A stretch of 64,000 bases of DNA from Dehalococcoidia bacterium (GCA_965116415.1 OZ220693.1:2488806-2552805); one strand, 5' to 3'; positions 1 through 9,953 are shown, counted from the first letter of the stretch. Notes: a model not told the origin generated them from the sequence alone. Translations and numbers: made by a program.

Positions 1-89
1 TGAGCGTCCAGGCGTCGCATGATTGGGCGCCAAGGGAGGCAATTATGCCGCTTGCTCGAATAGTCACAAGACGTCATAGACAATCGGCC

Positions 90-122
90 TAAAGTCACGC
101 TAAAGTCACGCCGAAATTACGC
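90..122. repeat. three tandem 11-bp units (TAAAGTCACGC, TAAAGTCACGC, CGAAATTACGC) upstream of the first CDS; possible operator
   Basis: Read directly from the sequence. The 11-bp phasing equals one helical turn. A related AAAGTCAC/GTCACG word recurs upstream of two other secreted-protein genes. Confidence 0.2.
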
Positions 123-241
123 CAAGGGTCGTAAAATGGGCTCGCATTTTGCGCCAATAGGGTGATACCTGTCTGGCAGGGTTCGCAAGAGGCGTTCGTA
201 GCCATGTCCCAACCCCTTTGACTTACGGATTCACTTTTCCC

Positions 242-1750
242 ATGTTGAGGCTCCTGGTACATACGCATATATTACCTTTGTCCATTCTATTGGCGGCTCT
301 GCTTTTCGGCGCTGCACCGACGGCTACGGCCACAGCCGACGATAGGGATGACTGGATCGTCCTCACCGTGGATAGGAACCCTCTGCTCTACAACGACAAT
401 GTTTTCGTTCTGCCGGTTGAGGGAGAACTCAATGCTGCCTCAGCGCCACTGGAGGACTACACAAGGCTTGTTTACGAGTATTTCCACGATGAATTCGACT
501 TTCTGATACTCGTCTCTAATCTCTCTGTGTATGAACTGAGGCCTGAGGAGTTTAAGCTTCCTTACGCAGGCTCTTTCTTCTCGGTAATGAACGACACAAA
601 GGGTATTGGTAAGGGGATCTATTCTCATCATAGAACGTGGGGATCAGAGGGCACGCTCCAGGGAACTATCCATCTTGGAGAAATCGAAGGCATCTCTCAA
701 AATATACTATTGCATGAACTTATGCATAGATGGGCAAACTTTATTTTTTCATTCGCGGAGATGAGCCCGAACCCCGGCCCCCACTGGGGATTCAGCAGCG
801 CGAATGGTCTATTGGGAGGATTTGACATTGCGGACCTCGTGGATCATGGCAATGGTCGATATACAGCCGGGCGGTTCGTTCCCGACACCGCCCGCGAAGG
901 CGATCATAAGCCTTACAGTCCCACTGAACTGTACTTGGCAGGTCTTATACCACCAGAGGATGTCCCTGACTTATGGGTGGCAGAAAACGGCAAATGGCTG
1001 GAGGACGGATTTCCCACCGACAGGGACTGGCTGTTTTCCGCAAGCAAGGTCAGGACACATACAATCGAAGACATTATCCAGCAGCATGGAGAGCGAATCC
1101 CCGATTCCTCGCAGTCACAACGGGACTTTCGAGCAGCGGTCATTCTGCTGATCGACGAGGACTACCCTCTCACAAAGGGACGGCTGGATCAGGTGAGCGG
1201 CAGCATAAGCTTATTCAGCCACGCCGGCGCGGACGAATTCGATGCGTACAATTTCTACGAAGCAACTGGCGGAAGAGCGACGATCACCATGAACGGCCTG
1301 TCGCAGTTTCTGAAAGAAGGCGCAGGCACCGAGGGGATGGTGGCCCTGCCGGCGTCAGGCTCTCTCGTGAGCGGCGAGACGGTTACCGCGGAGCTGGTGG
1401 ACTATGACATCCCCGTTCCTGGGAGCGTCGTGTGGCGGTGGGCGAGGTCTTCGTCCTCGAACGGGCCGTGGTCGGCGGTACAGGGCGAGACCTCGGCGAG
1501 CTACACCACGACGGACGCCGACGCGGGGAACTACCTGCAGGCGACAGTGACGTACGATGATGCGTCCGGTAAGGGACAGACGGCGAGTTGGGTGTCTGCC
1601 GGAAGAGTGAAGATCCACAGGTACGACGAGGACTCGAATGGGTCGATCGAAAGGAACGAGGTCGTCGCGGCAATCAGCGACTTCCTCTTCGGAAGCGGCA
1701 CCACAAGGGCCGAGGTCATCGAGGTGATCAGCCTCTACCTATTCGCCTAG
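242..1750 (+). CDS. secreted putative zinc metallopeptidase (HExxH) with a C-terminal single EF-hand/dockerin-like tail
   Basis: ORF 218..1750 starts at TTG. The ATG at 242 gives the signal peptide MLRLLVHTHILPLSILLAALLFGAAPTATA. HELMH lies at nt 713-727. The C-terminal loop DEDSNGSIERNE matches DxDxNGxIxxxE. The peptidase family was not assigned. Confidence 0.6.
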   Translation: MLRLLVHTHILPLSILLAALLFGAAPTATATADDRDDWIVLTVDRNPLLYNDNVFVLPVEGELNAASAPLEDYTRLVYEYFHDEFDFLILVSNLSVYELRPEEFKLPYAGSFFSVMNDTKGIGKGIYSHHRTWGSEGTLQGTIHLGEIEGISQNILLHELMHRWANFIFSFAEMSPNPGPHWGFSSANGLLGGFDIADLVDHGNGRYTAGRFVPDTAREGDHKPYSPTELYLAGLIPPEDVPDLWVAENGKWLEDGFPTDRDWLFSASKVRTHTIEDIIQQHGERIPDSSQSQRDFRAAVILLIDEDYPLTKGRLDQVSGSISLFSHAGADEFDAYNFYEATGGRATITMNGLSQFLKEGAGTEGMVALPASGSLVSGETVTAELVDYDIPVPGSVVWRWARSSSSNGPWSAVQGETSASYTTTDADAGNYLQATVTYDDASGKGQTASWVSAGRVKIHRYDEDSNGSIERNEVVAAISDFLFGSGTTRAEVIEVISLYLFA

Positions 1751-1979
1751 TCGTCAAGGAGACTTGGAAAAGCGTGCTGATCCGTCAGGCGCCCTCGGGT
1801 CCCTGACGCAGTTCCAGATGCCCAGGGGCGTTCGATTCAAACTCTGAGGAGAGGGTTGCCAGACCCGTGAGCATCAATCGTGCAAAGTGTTGCATCTGAA
1901 TAACCTCCTCGAAGCTGAGCCTTATCCTTAAACTGGCCGAGAAGGCGCTGGTTTGCAGCAATCGCCCGCGGAGGAATTC

Positions 1980-2999
1980 ATGACCAGAGTTGCTTATGTG
2001 ACAATCGACCGGCGGCGATTCACTCTATTGTGCACGTCACTGATGATCGCGTTGGCGGTTGTGGCGTGCAAGAATACAGAAACCTACTACAGCCAAGGGG
2101 TCACGCATCAGGACAAGGGGGAGTACGACCTGGCAGTCGCCGACTACACCGAAGCCATCCGCATCAACCCTGGCGATGCAGACGCCTACTTCAGCCGGGG
2201 TCTCACCCATAATTACCTGGGGGAGTACGACCTGGCGGTCGCCGACTACACCGAAGCCATCCGCATCGACCCTGAGCATGCTGCAGCCTACTTCAGCCGG
2301 GGTATTATCCATAAGGAACTGGGGGAGTACGACCTCGCGGTCACCGACTTTAGCGAAGCCATCCGCATCAACCCTGAGATTGCTGGCACCTACCTCAGCC
2401 GGGGTATCGCCCATACTTACCTGGGGGAGTATGACCTGGCAATCGCCGACTACACCGAAGCCATCCGCATCAACCCTGGTGATGCCGGCGCCTATGTCAA
2501 CCGGGGGGTTGCCCATAATTCCCTGGGGGAGTACGACCTGGCAATCGCCGACTACACCGAAGCTATCCGCATCGACCCTGAGTATGCCTACGCCCACTTC
2601 AATCGGGGGGTTGCCCATAACTACTTGGGAGAGAACGACCTGGCGATCGCCGACTACACCGAAGCCATCCGCATCAACCCTGAGCTTGCCGAGGCCTATG
2701 TCAGCCGGGGTGCTACCCATTATAAGTACCTGGGGGAGTACGACCTGGCGGTCGCCGACTTTAACGAAGCCATCCGCATCAACCCGGAGCTTGCTGAGGC
2801 CTACTATAACCGGGGCATTACCCATGAGGTCATGGGAGAGTACGACCTGGCGATCGCTGACTACACGGAAGCCATCCGTATCAACCCTGAGCATGCTGGC
2901 GCCTACCACAACCGGGGACTCATTCGCAGGGCAATGGGTGACTTAGTAGGCGCCGCGGACGATTTCGACCAGGCCAAGAAGCTGGGATTCGTGCCCTAA
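1980..2999 (+). CDS. TPR-repeat lipoprotein (8 near-identical 34-aa TPR units plus a capping unit)
   Basis: ORF 1953..2999. GGAGGA sits 5 nt before the ATG at 1980. Lipobox LAVVAC. The repeated unit is GEYDLA[VI]ADYTEAIRINPExAxAYxNRGxxH. Confidence 0.85.
   Translation: MTRVAYVTIDRRRFTLLCTSLMIALAVVACKNTETYYSQGVTHQDKGEYDLAVADYTEAIRINPGDADAYFSRGLTHNYLGEYDLAVADYTEAIRIDPEHAAAYFSRGIIHKELGEYDLAVTDFSEAIRINPEIAGTYLSRGIAHTYLGEYDLAIADYTEAIRINPGDAGAYVNRGVAHNSLGEYDLAIADYTEAIRIDPEYAYAHFNRGVAHNYLGENDLAIADYTEAIRINPELAEAYVSRGATHYKYLGEYDLAVADFNEAIRINPELAEAYYNRGITHEVMGEYDLAIADYTEAIRINPEHAGAYHNRGLIRRAMGDLVGAADDFDQAKKLGFVP
2085..2900 (+). repeat. coding tandem repeat, 102-bp period (TPR units)
   Basis: The DNA strings gagtacgacctggc and gccgactacaccgaagccatccgcatcaaccctg recur every 102 nt. 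All six frames are open here as a side effect. Confidence 0.85.
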
Positions 3000-3172
3000 A
3001 CTGCCGGTAACTGATTCGAACAAGAGCAGGAGAAGGTATACGGGCCAGAACTCCAGCGGATCTGTTCTCTTGCTTAGCACCGCTCGACCGGGGAAGACTC
3101 CAATTATGGTATGGGCAATTGCAAGCAGGATGCCCCTCCATGCCAAAGTAGCCGTTACGCGCCTGGTCGGGG

Positions 3173-4531
3173 TCAAATGCTGATGTCGAAATCTCCTCCG
3201 CCCCCGCCGCCGAAGTCTCCACCACCTCCGTCCCCGCCGATATCGCCTCCTCCATCGCCCCCGGCACCACCGCCGAAGCCTCCGAAAACAGCCGAAAAAT
3301 CCGAAAGGTCAAGGATGGACTCCGCGATCCCCTCTCCCGGATATATGTAACTCCCAAAGTAAAACCCTGTGTAGAATCCAACCTCAGTAGCTATTCTGTC
3401 TCCCCTCGACGAGGTGGCAAAAGCCGCCCCAAGTTCGGATGGCTGCTCATGGGCCATCATCTGAGTCTCCGGTTTAGACAGATGTATGAGTTTCAATGCC
3501 GCTGCGTAAGGCATCAGTGAGTTAATGGCCTCAAAGTCCTCAGCTTGGTCTTCGTCAAGAGCAGACGACTCGAGATGTGTGGCGTAGCCTCTCCACTGCA
3601 TGATCTCGGTCCGTCCCGCAGCGGTGAACTTGTTCAGCTTCGCGTTCTGCCTGCAGGCGATCCACGCCGCCCCGACGTAGGCCACGCCGACCATACTCAG
3701 ACCCACCACCCATGCCAGGCCCAGGCTTATTATCCAGAGGGCCAGGCCGGCACTCATGAGCACCGATCCAAGAATGGCCAGTACCGCAGTCCAGGTTTTC
3801 TGAGTCCTGATGGACCTTTCACTTACCAAAAGGCTCCGGTGCTCCAGGTAGTCGCGTATCTGTCGCCTTACTCCCAGCTCTGAGTCGTTGATCCGTTTCA
3901 GGAGGGCAAGACGAGTCGTCGGCTCGTGTGTAGCCTCCTCTAAGACCGTCTGTTCCCATTGGTATCTCCTGCCCAATCCCGCCGCCAGTTGATAGGTCCT
4001 GAGTTGCGCGGGTCCTTCCCCCACTGAGATGATCTCAAGTGTGCCCTTCTGCAACATCTCCAACACTATTGTGAGCGGGGTGCGGTACCCGTCGTCTCCG
4101 TCCACCAGCTCTGATACCGCGGCAGCGGGAAGGTCGCTCGGCGGATGGTCTGATTGCAGTTCTGAGTACACCTTGCGCCGCATATGCACCATGAACCATA
4201 GATACGCAATCAGGGATAGCGCGATTAAAACACCCACCACTCTGCAGAGCCAGGAAACGTGGTCGAGCCAGTTGACTCCGAACTCGTCGATGCCTGCCAG
4301 CAGCTTGAAGGCCAGCACACACGCGTGCACGATTAGATAGGCGGCAAGAGTGAAGGCCGCAAAGGGAGAAATCACGCGCACGTTGATGGCAAATGCCGCC
4401 ACCAGAATACCCACCACTATCATCCAAACTGAGGCTTCGGAAATCAGCCACAGGGTACATATACCGGTGATCAAGAGAACCAAGCCAGCGACGAACAGCG
4501 ATTCGTTTTTGTGCAGTGCCCGCATTCTCAA
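3173..4531 (-). CDS. polytopic membrane protein, DUF2207-like C-terminal region with an acidic Gly-rich tail
   Basis: Multiple hydrophobic segments. The motif QWRGY..HLE...LMPYAAAL is followed by GGFGGGAGGDGGGDIGGDGGGGDFGGGGGGDFDISI. The family call is from memory of DUF2207 architecture. Confidence 0.5.
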   Translation of the reverse strand: MRMRALHKNESLFVAGLVLLITGICTLWLISEASVWMIVVGILVAAFAINVRVISPFAAFTLAAYLIVHACVLAFKLLAGIDEFGVNWLDHVSWLCRVVGVLIALSLIAYLWFMVHMRRKVYSELQSDHPPSDLPAAAVSELVDGDDGYRTPLTIVLEMLQKGTLEIISVGEGPAQLRTYQLAAGLGRRYQWEQTVLEEATHEPTTRLALLKRINDSELGVRRQIRDYLEHRSLLVSERSIRTQKTWTAVLAILGSVLMSAGLALWIISLGLAWVVGLSMVGVAYVGAAWIACRQNAKLNKFTAAGRTEIMQWRGYATHLESSALDEDQAEDFEAINSLMPYAAALKLIHLSKPETQMMAHEQPSELGAAFATSSRGDRIATEVGFYTGFYFGSYIYPGEGIAESILDLSDFSAVFGGFGGGAGGDGGGDIGGDGGGGDFGGGGGGDFDISI

Positions 4532-5014
4532 ATCCCCCTCACTTTGGAGGCTTCAGAGTGTTCACCCCTCGATTCTGGTCGCAACTCTGACTTTGGTCAA
4601 TAGCTCCGCTCCACCCCTCCAGGGCTTGGGTGGGACTTTAGTCCACCCTGTCGCGCCGACTGAGTCAAGGTACTTCCGTACCCTGTAGATTGGGTACAAG
4701 TCGATCTGTCAGGCCGCGTCATCAATTGCCATAGTCCGATGGCAGTTCCAGTTATGAGCAGCACCTCCTGTCGGAAGAGAGTTGGTACTCGAGTTGAGAA
4801 GGTCGTCAGGACGCTTTCCGGCGGCCCCAGTGACCTCAGGAATAAGACAGATTCACGAGGAGTGATGCAAGGTGGTCTCGTGACCGGACCTGCCGATGCT
4901 GCCCAGCCGATCTCGTTGCGCCTCGTTGGGCGATACCGTACTCTACGACTCGCAGTGCAGACCAATGTGCAGCGGTGTTTGAACCCGAATCCGCAGAGGG
5001 AGATGTGAGCCAGC

Positions 5015-6010
5015 ATGGTCGAACTAGCGGGCTTTCGCCAGATTAACGATTTGGTTGCGAGGGAGTCTCGCTTCATTCACTCGCTGGAGGCGGAGATTCG
5101 CAAGTCGATTATCGGCCAGGACCGCCTGGTGGAACGTACCCTGGTTGGACTGCTGGCAGACGGTCACATCCTGCTCGAGGGTGTGCCGGGCCTTGCAAAG
5201 ACATTGCTGGTCAAGACGGTGGGACAGGCCATCCAGTCGGGGTTCTCGCGCATCCAGTTCACCCCTGATCTTCTTCCCGCCGACCTCATAGGGACGCGGG
5301 TCTACAACCCACGCTCGGGGGAGTTCAGCGTCCACAAGGGCCCGATATTTTCCAACCTGATTCTCGCCGACGAGGTGAACCGGGCGCCAGCGAAGGTGCA
5401 GAGCGCCCTGCTGGAGGCGATGCAGGAGCGACAGGTCACCATAGGGGAAGAGACATACCCGCTGCAGGCACCGTTTCTCGTGCTGGCCACCCAGAACCCG
5501 ATCGAGCAGGAGGGGACATACCCTCTGCCCGAGGCCCAGGTAGACCGGTTCATGATGAAGCTGGTCGTCGACTACCCCGAGTACTCGGAAGAGCGCGAGA
5601 TGATAGTGCGGCTCACGACGGGTTCGACTCTGGAGGTCCAGCCCGTGGTCGACTCCGAGTACATCCTGAATGCCCGTGAGATCGTGCGGCAGGTGTATGT
5701 CGACGAGAAGCTGGTGGACTATGTTCTGGACCTCGTCGTCGCAACCCGCGATCCGTCGTCGGCCGGACTGGACGATCTCGGGAACCTGATTTCGTACGGC
5801 GCTTCTCCGCGGGCGGGACTGTTCCTCATAGCAGCATCCCGGGCCCGAGCGTTCCTGAACGGGCGCGGCTACGTCACTCCGGAGGACGTCAAGCAGCTCG
5901 CGCCGGACGTCCTGAGACACCGCATCATAATGACCTTCGAGGCGGAGGCCCAGGAGATCACCCAGGTGGAGATAGTGCAACGCATCCTCGACAACCTCGA
6001 AGTTCCCTGA
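5015..6010 (+). CDS. MoxR-family AAA+ ATPase
   Basis: Walker A LLEGVPGLAKT and Walker B LILADEVNRA. Size of 331 aa is typical. It is followed by DUF58 and VWA genes. Confidence 0.9.
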   Translation: MVELAGFRQINDLVARESRFIHSLEAEIRKSIIGQDRLVERTLVGLLADGHILLEGVPGLAKTLLVKTVGQAIQSGFSRIQFTPDLLPADLIGTRVYNPRSGEFSVHKGPIFSNLILADEVNRAPAKVQSALLEAMQERQVTIGEETYPLQAPFLVLATQNPIEQEGTYPLPEAQVDRFMMKLVVDYPEYSEEREMIVRLTTGSTLEVQPVVDSEYILNAREIVRQVYVDEKLVDYVLDLVVATRDPSSAGLDDLGNLISYGASPRAGLFLIAASRARAFLNGRGYVTPEDVKQLAPDVLRHRIIMTFEAEAQEITQVEIVQRILDNLEVP

Positions 6011-6011
6011 C

Positions 6012-6899
6012 GTGCTGAACGACGAACTGCTCGCCAAGATCAGGCGCATAGACATAACTACCCGCAAGCTCGTTACGGATGGGTTCGCCGGCGAGTACCA
6101 GTCGGTATTCAAGGGTAGGGGAATGGAGTTCGACGAGGTCCGCCAGTACCACCCCGGCGACGACGTGCGCATGATCGACTGGAACGTCACCGCGCGCACC
6201 GGTGACGCGTACGTCAAGAGCTACATAGAAGAGCGGGAGCTGACGGTAATGCTCGTCGTCGACGCGAGCCGCTCAGGAGACTTCGGCACACGAGCCAGGT
6301 TCAAGCGTGAGCTGGCAGCAGAACTCGCGGCCGTGCTGGCCTTCTCTGCAACCACGAACAACGACAGGGTCGGTCTGCTGGTCTTCACGGACAGGGTGGA
6401 GCTTCTCGTACCACCCCGGAAGGGACGCAGCCACGTGCTGAGAATGGTGCGCGACCTGCTGGTTTTCGAACCGGATGGTGCTGGCACGGACGTCCGCCTT
6501 GCGCTGGAGACGGTCAGCCTGCTTCTGAAGAGACGCAGCATCGTGTTCATGATCTCCGATTTTCTTGCCGTGCCGGAATCGTACCGACAGGCCATGCTCC
6601 TGACGGCCAGGCGTCACGACCTTGCGGCGTTCGATCTGCAGGACCCGATGGAGCGCGAGATGCCGGACGTGGGGATCATACTTCTGGAGGATGCCGAGAC
6701 TGGAGACCGGCGCTGGGTCGATACTGGAAGCAGGGCCTGGAGGCGAGAGTTCTCCGATAGGGTGGTCAGGCTCGAAGAAGACAAGAAAGATGCCTTCGCC
6801 AGTGCCGGCGTCGACCGTGTGCGAGTGACGACGGATGGAGACTACGTACCTGCACTGGCTGCGTTCTTCAAGGACCGTCTCAGGAGGCAGGTCCGGTGA
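6012..6899 (+). CDS. DUF58 domain protein (MoxR-associated, VWA-like)
   Basis: The motif VRQYHPGDDVRMIDWNVTARTGDAYVKSYIEERE is typical of DUF58. The GTG start lies 1 nt after the MoxR stop. Confidence 0.85.
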   Translation: MLNDELLAKIRRIDITTRKLVTDGFAGEYQSVFKGRGMEFDEVRQYHPGDDVRMIDWNVTARTGDAYVKSYIEERELTVMLVVDASRSGDFGTRARFKRELAAELAAVLAFSATTNNDRVGLLVFTDRVELLVPPRKGRSHVLRMVRDLLVFEPDGAGTDVRLALETVSLLLKRRSIVFMISDFLAVPESYRQAMLLTARRHDLAAFDLQDPMEREMPDVGIILLEDAETGDRRWVDTGSRAWRREFSDRVVRLEEDKKDAFASAGVDRVRVTTDGDYVPALAAFFKDRLRRQVR

Positions 6900-7948
6900 G
6901 GACTAATCTGGGCGCCACTGCTTTAGGAGGCCCGCAGGCGTGGTTGTCAGTGGCCGTCGTCGCCCTGCTGACCATGTGGACGTCCGGCACTGCCCTGGCT
7001 CAGGACACCGCTCTTCCAGACATCAGGGTCGCCCTTGTCGCGGACCGCTCGGAGCTGACTGTTGGAGACCCCATCGGCCTGACGCTTGAGGTAGTCCACC
7101 CGGAGGACCATGTTGTTGTGGTGCCAAGGCTGGATACTGACTGGGGTGTGTTCCAGGTGAGGCGCCAGACGACTGCGAACGTCGCGCAGAACAGGGACGG
7201 AACGAGGACGACGAGCCAGCAGCTCGAGGTGACGTTGTTCGCGCCCGGAACGTTCGAGACGCCGGAATTGCCACTGTCTATCCGCCTTCCCGACGGGGGC
7301 GTCGAGAGGATGTCTCCCGCTCCTGTCCGATTGACCGTGGTGTCGGTGTTGTCCGGTGACGATGAGACGCTAAGGGACATCCGTGCGCCCGCGGACTTCT
7401 CCACACCACTGTGGGAACAGCTGTACTTCCGAATTCTGTTGCTCAACGTGGTGGTCGTTGTGATACTGGCCGTCGTGGGGCTGACGTTCTATCGTCGGAC
7501 CCGCCAGGGTCAGGAAACTTCCGCACCGGCGGTCCAGCACCGGTCACCGTGGGAGGTGGCATTCGATGAGTTCGACAGGATCGAGTCACTGGAGCTTCCA
7601 AGGCGTGGCCGCCTCAAGGAGTACTACGCGCTGGTGTCCCGCTCCCTTCGAGTGTACCTCCAGTCGGCGCACCTGGGAGAGGTCGGTTCTGCGGGGGCGG
7701 TCGATATGACGACCGACGAGATAGCGGCTGCGCTGAAGGGTTCTACCCTGAGCCACGAAAATACCCTCGAGGTTGTGGCCCTGCTCACGGAGGCCGACCT
7801 GGTCAAGTTCGCAAACGACACGCCGACTGAGGCTCAGGCCCGCGCTGTTCTGGCACGTGCGAGGCGAGTCGTTGAAGACACACAGACAGACATGGGGTTG
7901 CCAGCTCACCCGGACCACAGAAGCGCTGAAGGTGGGCCGCCGGCATGA
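6896..7948 (+). CDS. membrane protein, BatD-like N-terminal beta-sandwich plus DUF4381-like C-terminal region
   Basis: Signal peptide, extracytoplasmic domain, one TM (ILLLNVVVVVILAVVGLTF), then a cytoplasmic tail ending LLTEADLVKFA. GTGA overlaps the upstream stop. Confidence 0.55.
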   Translation: MRTNLGATALGGPQAWLSVAVVALLTMWTSGTALAQDTALPDIRVALVADRSELTVGDPIGLTLEVVHPEDHVVVVPRLDTDWGVFQVRRQTTANVAQNRDGTRTTSQQLEVTLFAPGTFETPELPLSIRLPDGGVERMSPAPVRLTVVSVLSGDDETLRDIRAPADFSTPLWEQLYFRILLLNVVVVVILAVVGLTFYRRTRQGQETSAPAVQHRSPWEVAFDEFDRIESLELPRRGRLKEYYALVSRSLRVYLQSAHLGEVGSAGAVDMTTDEIAAALKGSTLSHENTLEVVALLTEADLVKFANDTPTEAQARAVLARARRVVEDTQTDMGLPAHPDHRSAEGGPPA

Positions 7949-8916
7949 GCGGCCTGAGTTTCGAGTCTCCCTGGCTGCTCTTCCTGCTGGCGGCGGTGGT
8001 CGCCGTTGGAGTGCTTCCGTATCTGTGGCGACGGCGAATGGCCCCCCCAAGCATGAGGTACGCCGACAATTCTCTCGTCTTAAGCACCCATAGGTCGTTC
8101 CGCCTCCGACTTGCGCCGTTCGTTCCGGTGCTGCGCTTCCTTGCGCTTGCGCTGGTGATAGCGGCTGCTGCAAGGCCACAGGTGGCGGACGCACGCGAGG
8201 TCATCAGGGGCGAGGGCGTGGACATAGCCATCGCGCTCGATATTTCGGGCAGTATGGGGGAGACGGACTTCGCCCCACACAGGCTGGGCGCAGCGAAACA
8301 GATCATTGCAGACTTCATCGACGACAGGCGGTTTGACCGCATCGGTCTCGTCGTGTTCGCGGAGGAGGCGTTCATCCAGAGCCCGCCCACCCTGGACCAC
8401 GGTGTACTCCTCCGTCTGCTCAATGACGTCCATCTTGCCGACGAGATGAGGATAGAGGACGGGACCGCAATGGGCAGCGGCATGGCAACTGCCGCCAACA
8501 TGCTGAAGGACTCGAATGCCGATAGCAAGCTGGTCACGCTGATCACCGACGGCGTCAACAACGCCGGCGAGATCGACCCCATCACTGTTGCGACCGCTGC
8601 GGAGTCGCTCGGCATCAAGCTGTACACGATCGGCGTGGGCTCACCCGGCTCAGGGACAGTACCCGATGAGAACCCACTCGACGAGGAGATGCTCCAGGAG
8701 ATCGCAGACATCTCGAATGCACGGTTCTACCGTGCCACCGACACCGAAGGGTTGAGGAACATCTACGCGGAGATCAACGCGCTGGAGAAGTCCGAGGTGG
8801 AGGTGCTGCTGTTCACGCGCAATAGAGAGCTCCTGGGATGGCTACTGGTCCCGGCGCTGGCGCTTCTGGCGCTCGATCTCGTCCTGTCCCATTCTATTTT
8901 CAGAAGAGTCCCCTGA
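7945..8916 (+). CDS. batA: VWA domain membrane protein, BatA-like
   Basis: N-terminal TMs, MIDAS motif DIAIALDISGSM, C-terminal TM. ATGA overlaps the upstream gene. Confidence 0.8.
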   Translation: MSGLSFESPWLLFLLAAVVAVGVLPYLWRRRMAPPSMRYADNSLVLSTHRSFRLRLAPFVPVLRFLALALVIAAAARPQVADAREVIRGEGVDIAIALDISGSMGETDFAPHRLGAAKQIIADFIDDRRFDRIGLVVFAEEAFIQSPPTLDHGVLLRLLNDVHLADEMRIEDGTAMGSGMATAANMLKDSNADSKLVTLITDGVNNAGEIDPITVATAAESLGIKLYTIGVGSPGSGTVPDENPLDEEMLQEIADISNARFYRATDTEGLRNIYAEINALEKSEVEVLLFTRNRELLGWLLVPALALLALDLVLSHSIFRRVP

Positions 8917-9945
8917 GTGATCATGAGCTTTGGAGCGCCACAGTTTCTATACGCCCTGGTCGTACTCCCCGTGCTGATGGTCTTCGTGTACTGGGCACTG
9001 GCAAGACGGAGAGCGGCGCTGCGGCGCATAGGAGATGCAGACCTAGTCGAACAGATGGCCAGGACCAGCCGAACGCTTCGCATGGTCCGCCTGTCGCTGT
9101 GGTTTCTGGGTAGCGCCCTGATCGTCGTTGCCCTTGCGCGGCCCCAGTGGGGCAGCGAGGTCGAGATCGTAGAACAGAGCGGTGTGCAGATGATGGTCGC
9201 GCTGGACGTTTCACGGAGCATGCTCTCCCCGGACATGGCGCCCACACGACTTGATCGTGCCAAACTGGAGATCTCAGACTTGATGTCGCGTCTGAACGGC
9301 GACGCGGTCGGCATCGTGCTGTTCTCGGGCGCCAGCTTCATCCAGTTCCCGCTGACCTCAGATTACGATACGGCCAGGACATACCTGGCCCATGCAGGCC
9401 CGGACGCCATCACGCGCCAGGGTACGGCAATCAGCGAGGCGATCTACACGGCGTCCGCGGGCTTCAGCGATCAGCGCCTGAGCCAGAAGGTCATAGTCAT
9501 CATGACGGACGGTGAGAACCACGAGGGTGATCCGTTCACGGCCGCGCGGGAGGCGGCAGAGGAGGGCATCGTCATATACACGGTCGGTTTCGGATCTCCA
9601 GAGGGACGGCCCGTTCCGGTGTACGACGAGCAGGGCGCCGTGATCGGCTACCGCCAGGATGCACAGGGTAGTGAGATCATCTCCCGGCTCGACGAGGGTG
9701 CGCTGCAGCAGATCGCCGAGGCCGGAGGAGGCCAGTACTTCAGGGCCTCGGACAGGGGCGCAATCGCAGAACTGGTAGACCAGATCGACTCCTTCCAGAC
9801 CGAGGGCTATCAGAGCGAGCTCAGCCAGAGGAAGGTAGAACGGTTCCAGCTGTTTCTTCTCGGTGGAGCCATCGCTCTTTTGCTGGCAGAGGTGTTGAAT
9901 GACCGCCTGCTGTTGTCGCCGCGCAGACGGTGGCTGGCGGCGTAG
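8917..9945 (+). CDS. batB: VWA domain membrane protein, BatB-like
   Basis: MIDAS motif MMVALDVSRSM, flanked by N- and C-terminal TMs. An ATG alternative exists at 8923. Confidence 0.8.
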   Translation: MIMSFGAPQFLYALVVLPVLMVFVYWALARRRAALRRIGDADLVEQMARTSRTLRMVRLSLWFLGSALIVVALARPQWGSEVEIVEQSGVQMMVALDVSRSMLSPDMAPTRLDRAKLEISDLMSRLNGDAVGIVLFSGASFIQFPLTSDYDTARTYLAHAGPDAITRQGTAISEAIYTASAGFSDQRLSQKVIVIMTDGENHEGDPFTAAREAAEEGIVIYTVGFGSPEGRPVPVYDEQGAVIGYRQDAQGSEIISRLDEGALQQIAEAGGGQYFRASDRGAIAELVDQIDSFQTEGYQSELSQRKVERFQLFLLGGAIALLLAEVLNDRLLLSPRRRWLAA

Positions 9946-9953
9946 GAGCACGC

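Noticed and set aside
1825-1838. GGGGCGTTCGATTC, resembling a tRNA T-arm
   Set aside because: No complementary 3' half of the T-stem, no acceptor stem and no anticodon arm could be built around it. I found no other tRNA-like signature in the window.
2037-2946. 290-aa minus-strand and 295-aa plus-strand ORFs overlapping the TPR gene
   Set aside because: They are by-products of the 102-bp tandem repeat. Only the frame giving canonical TPR helices and a lipobox makes biological sense.
3111-3350. 79-aa proline-rich plus-strand ORF
   Set aside because: It is antisense to the Gly-rich C-terminal tail of the DUF2207-like gene, so GGN codons read as NCC.
4611-4648. CCACCC...GGGTGG...CCACCC arrangement allowing two alternative hairpins (attenuator-like)
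   Set aside because: The stems are only 6 bp. There is no leader peptide or U-tract, and the orientation relative to either flanking gene is ambiguous.
5024-6217. 397-aa minus-strand ORF. Similar long antisense ORFs occur at 24460..25266, 28301..29104, 32553..33611, 35487..36602, 42494..43345, 43395..44225 and 59008..59811.
   Set aside because: Long antisense ORFs are typical of high-G+C DNA. Each lies opposite a gene with clear family motifs, and each has an Arg/Pro/Gly- or Ser/Thr-rich composition with no motifs of its own.
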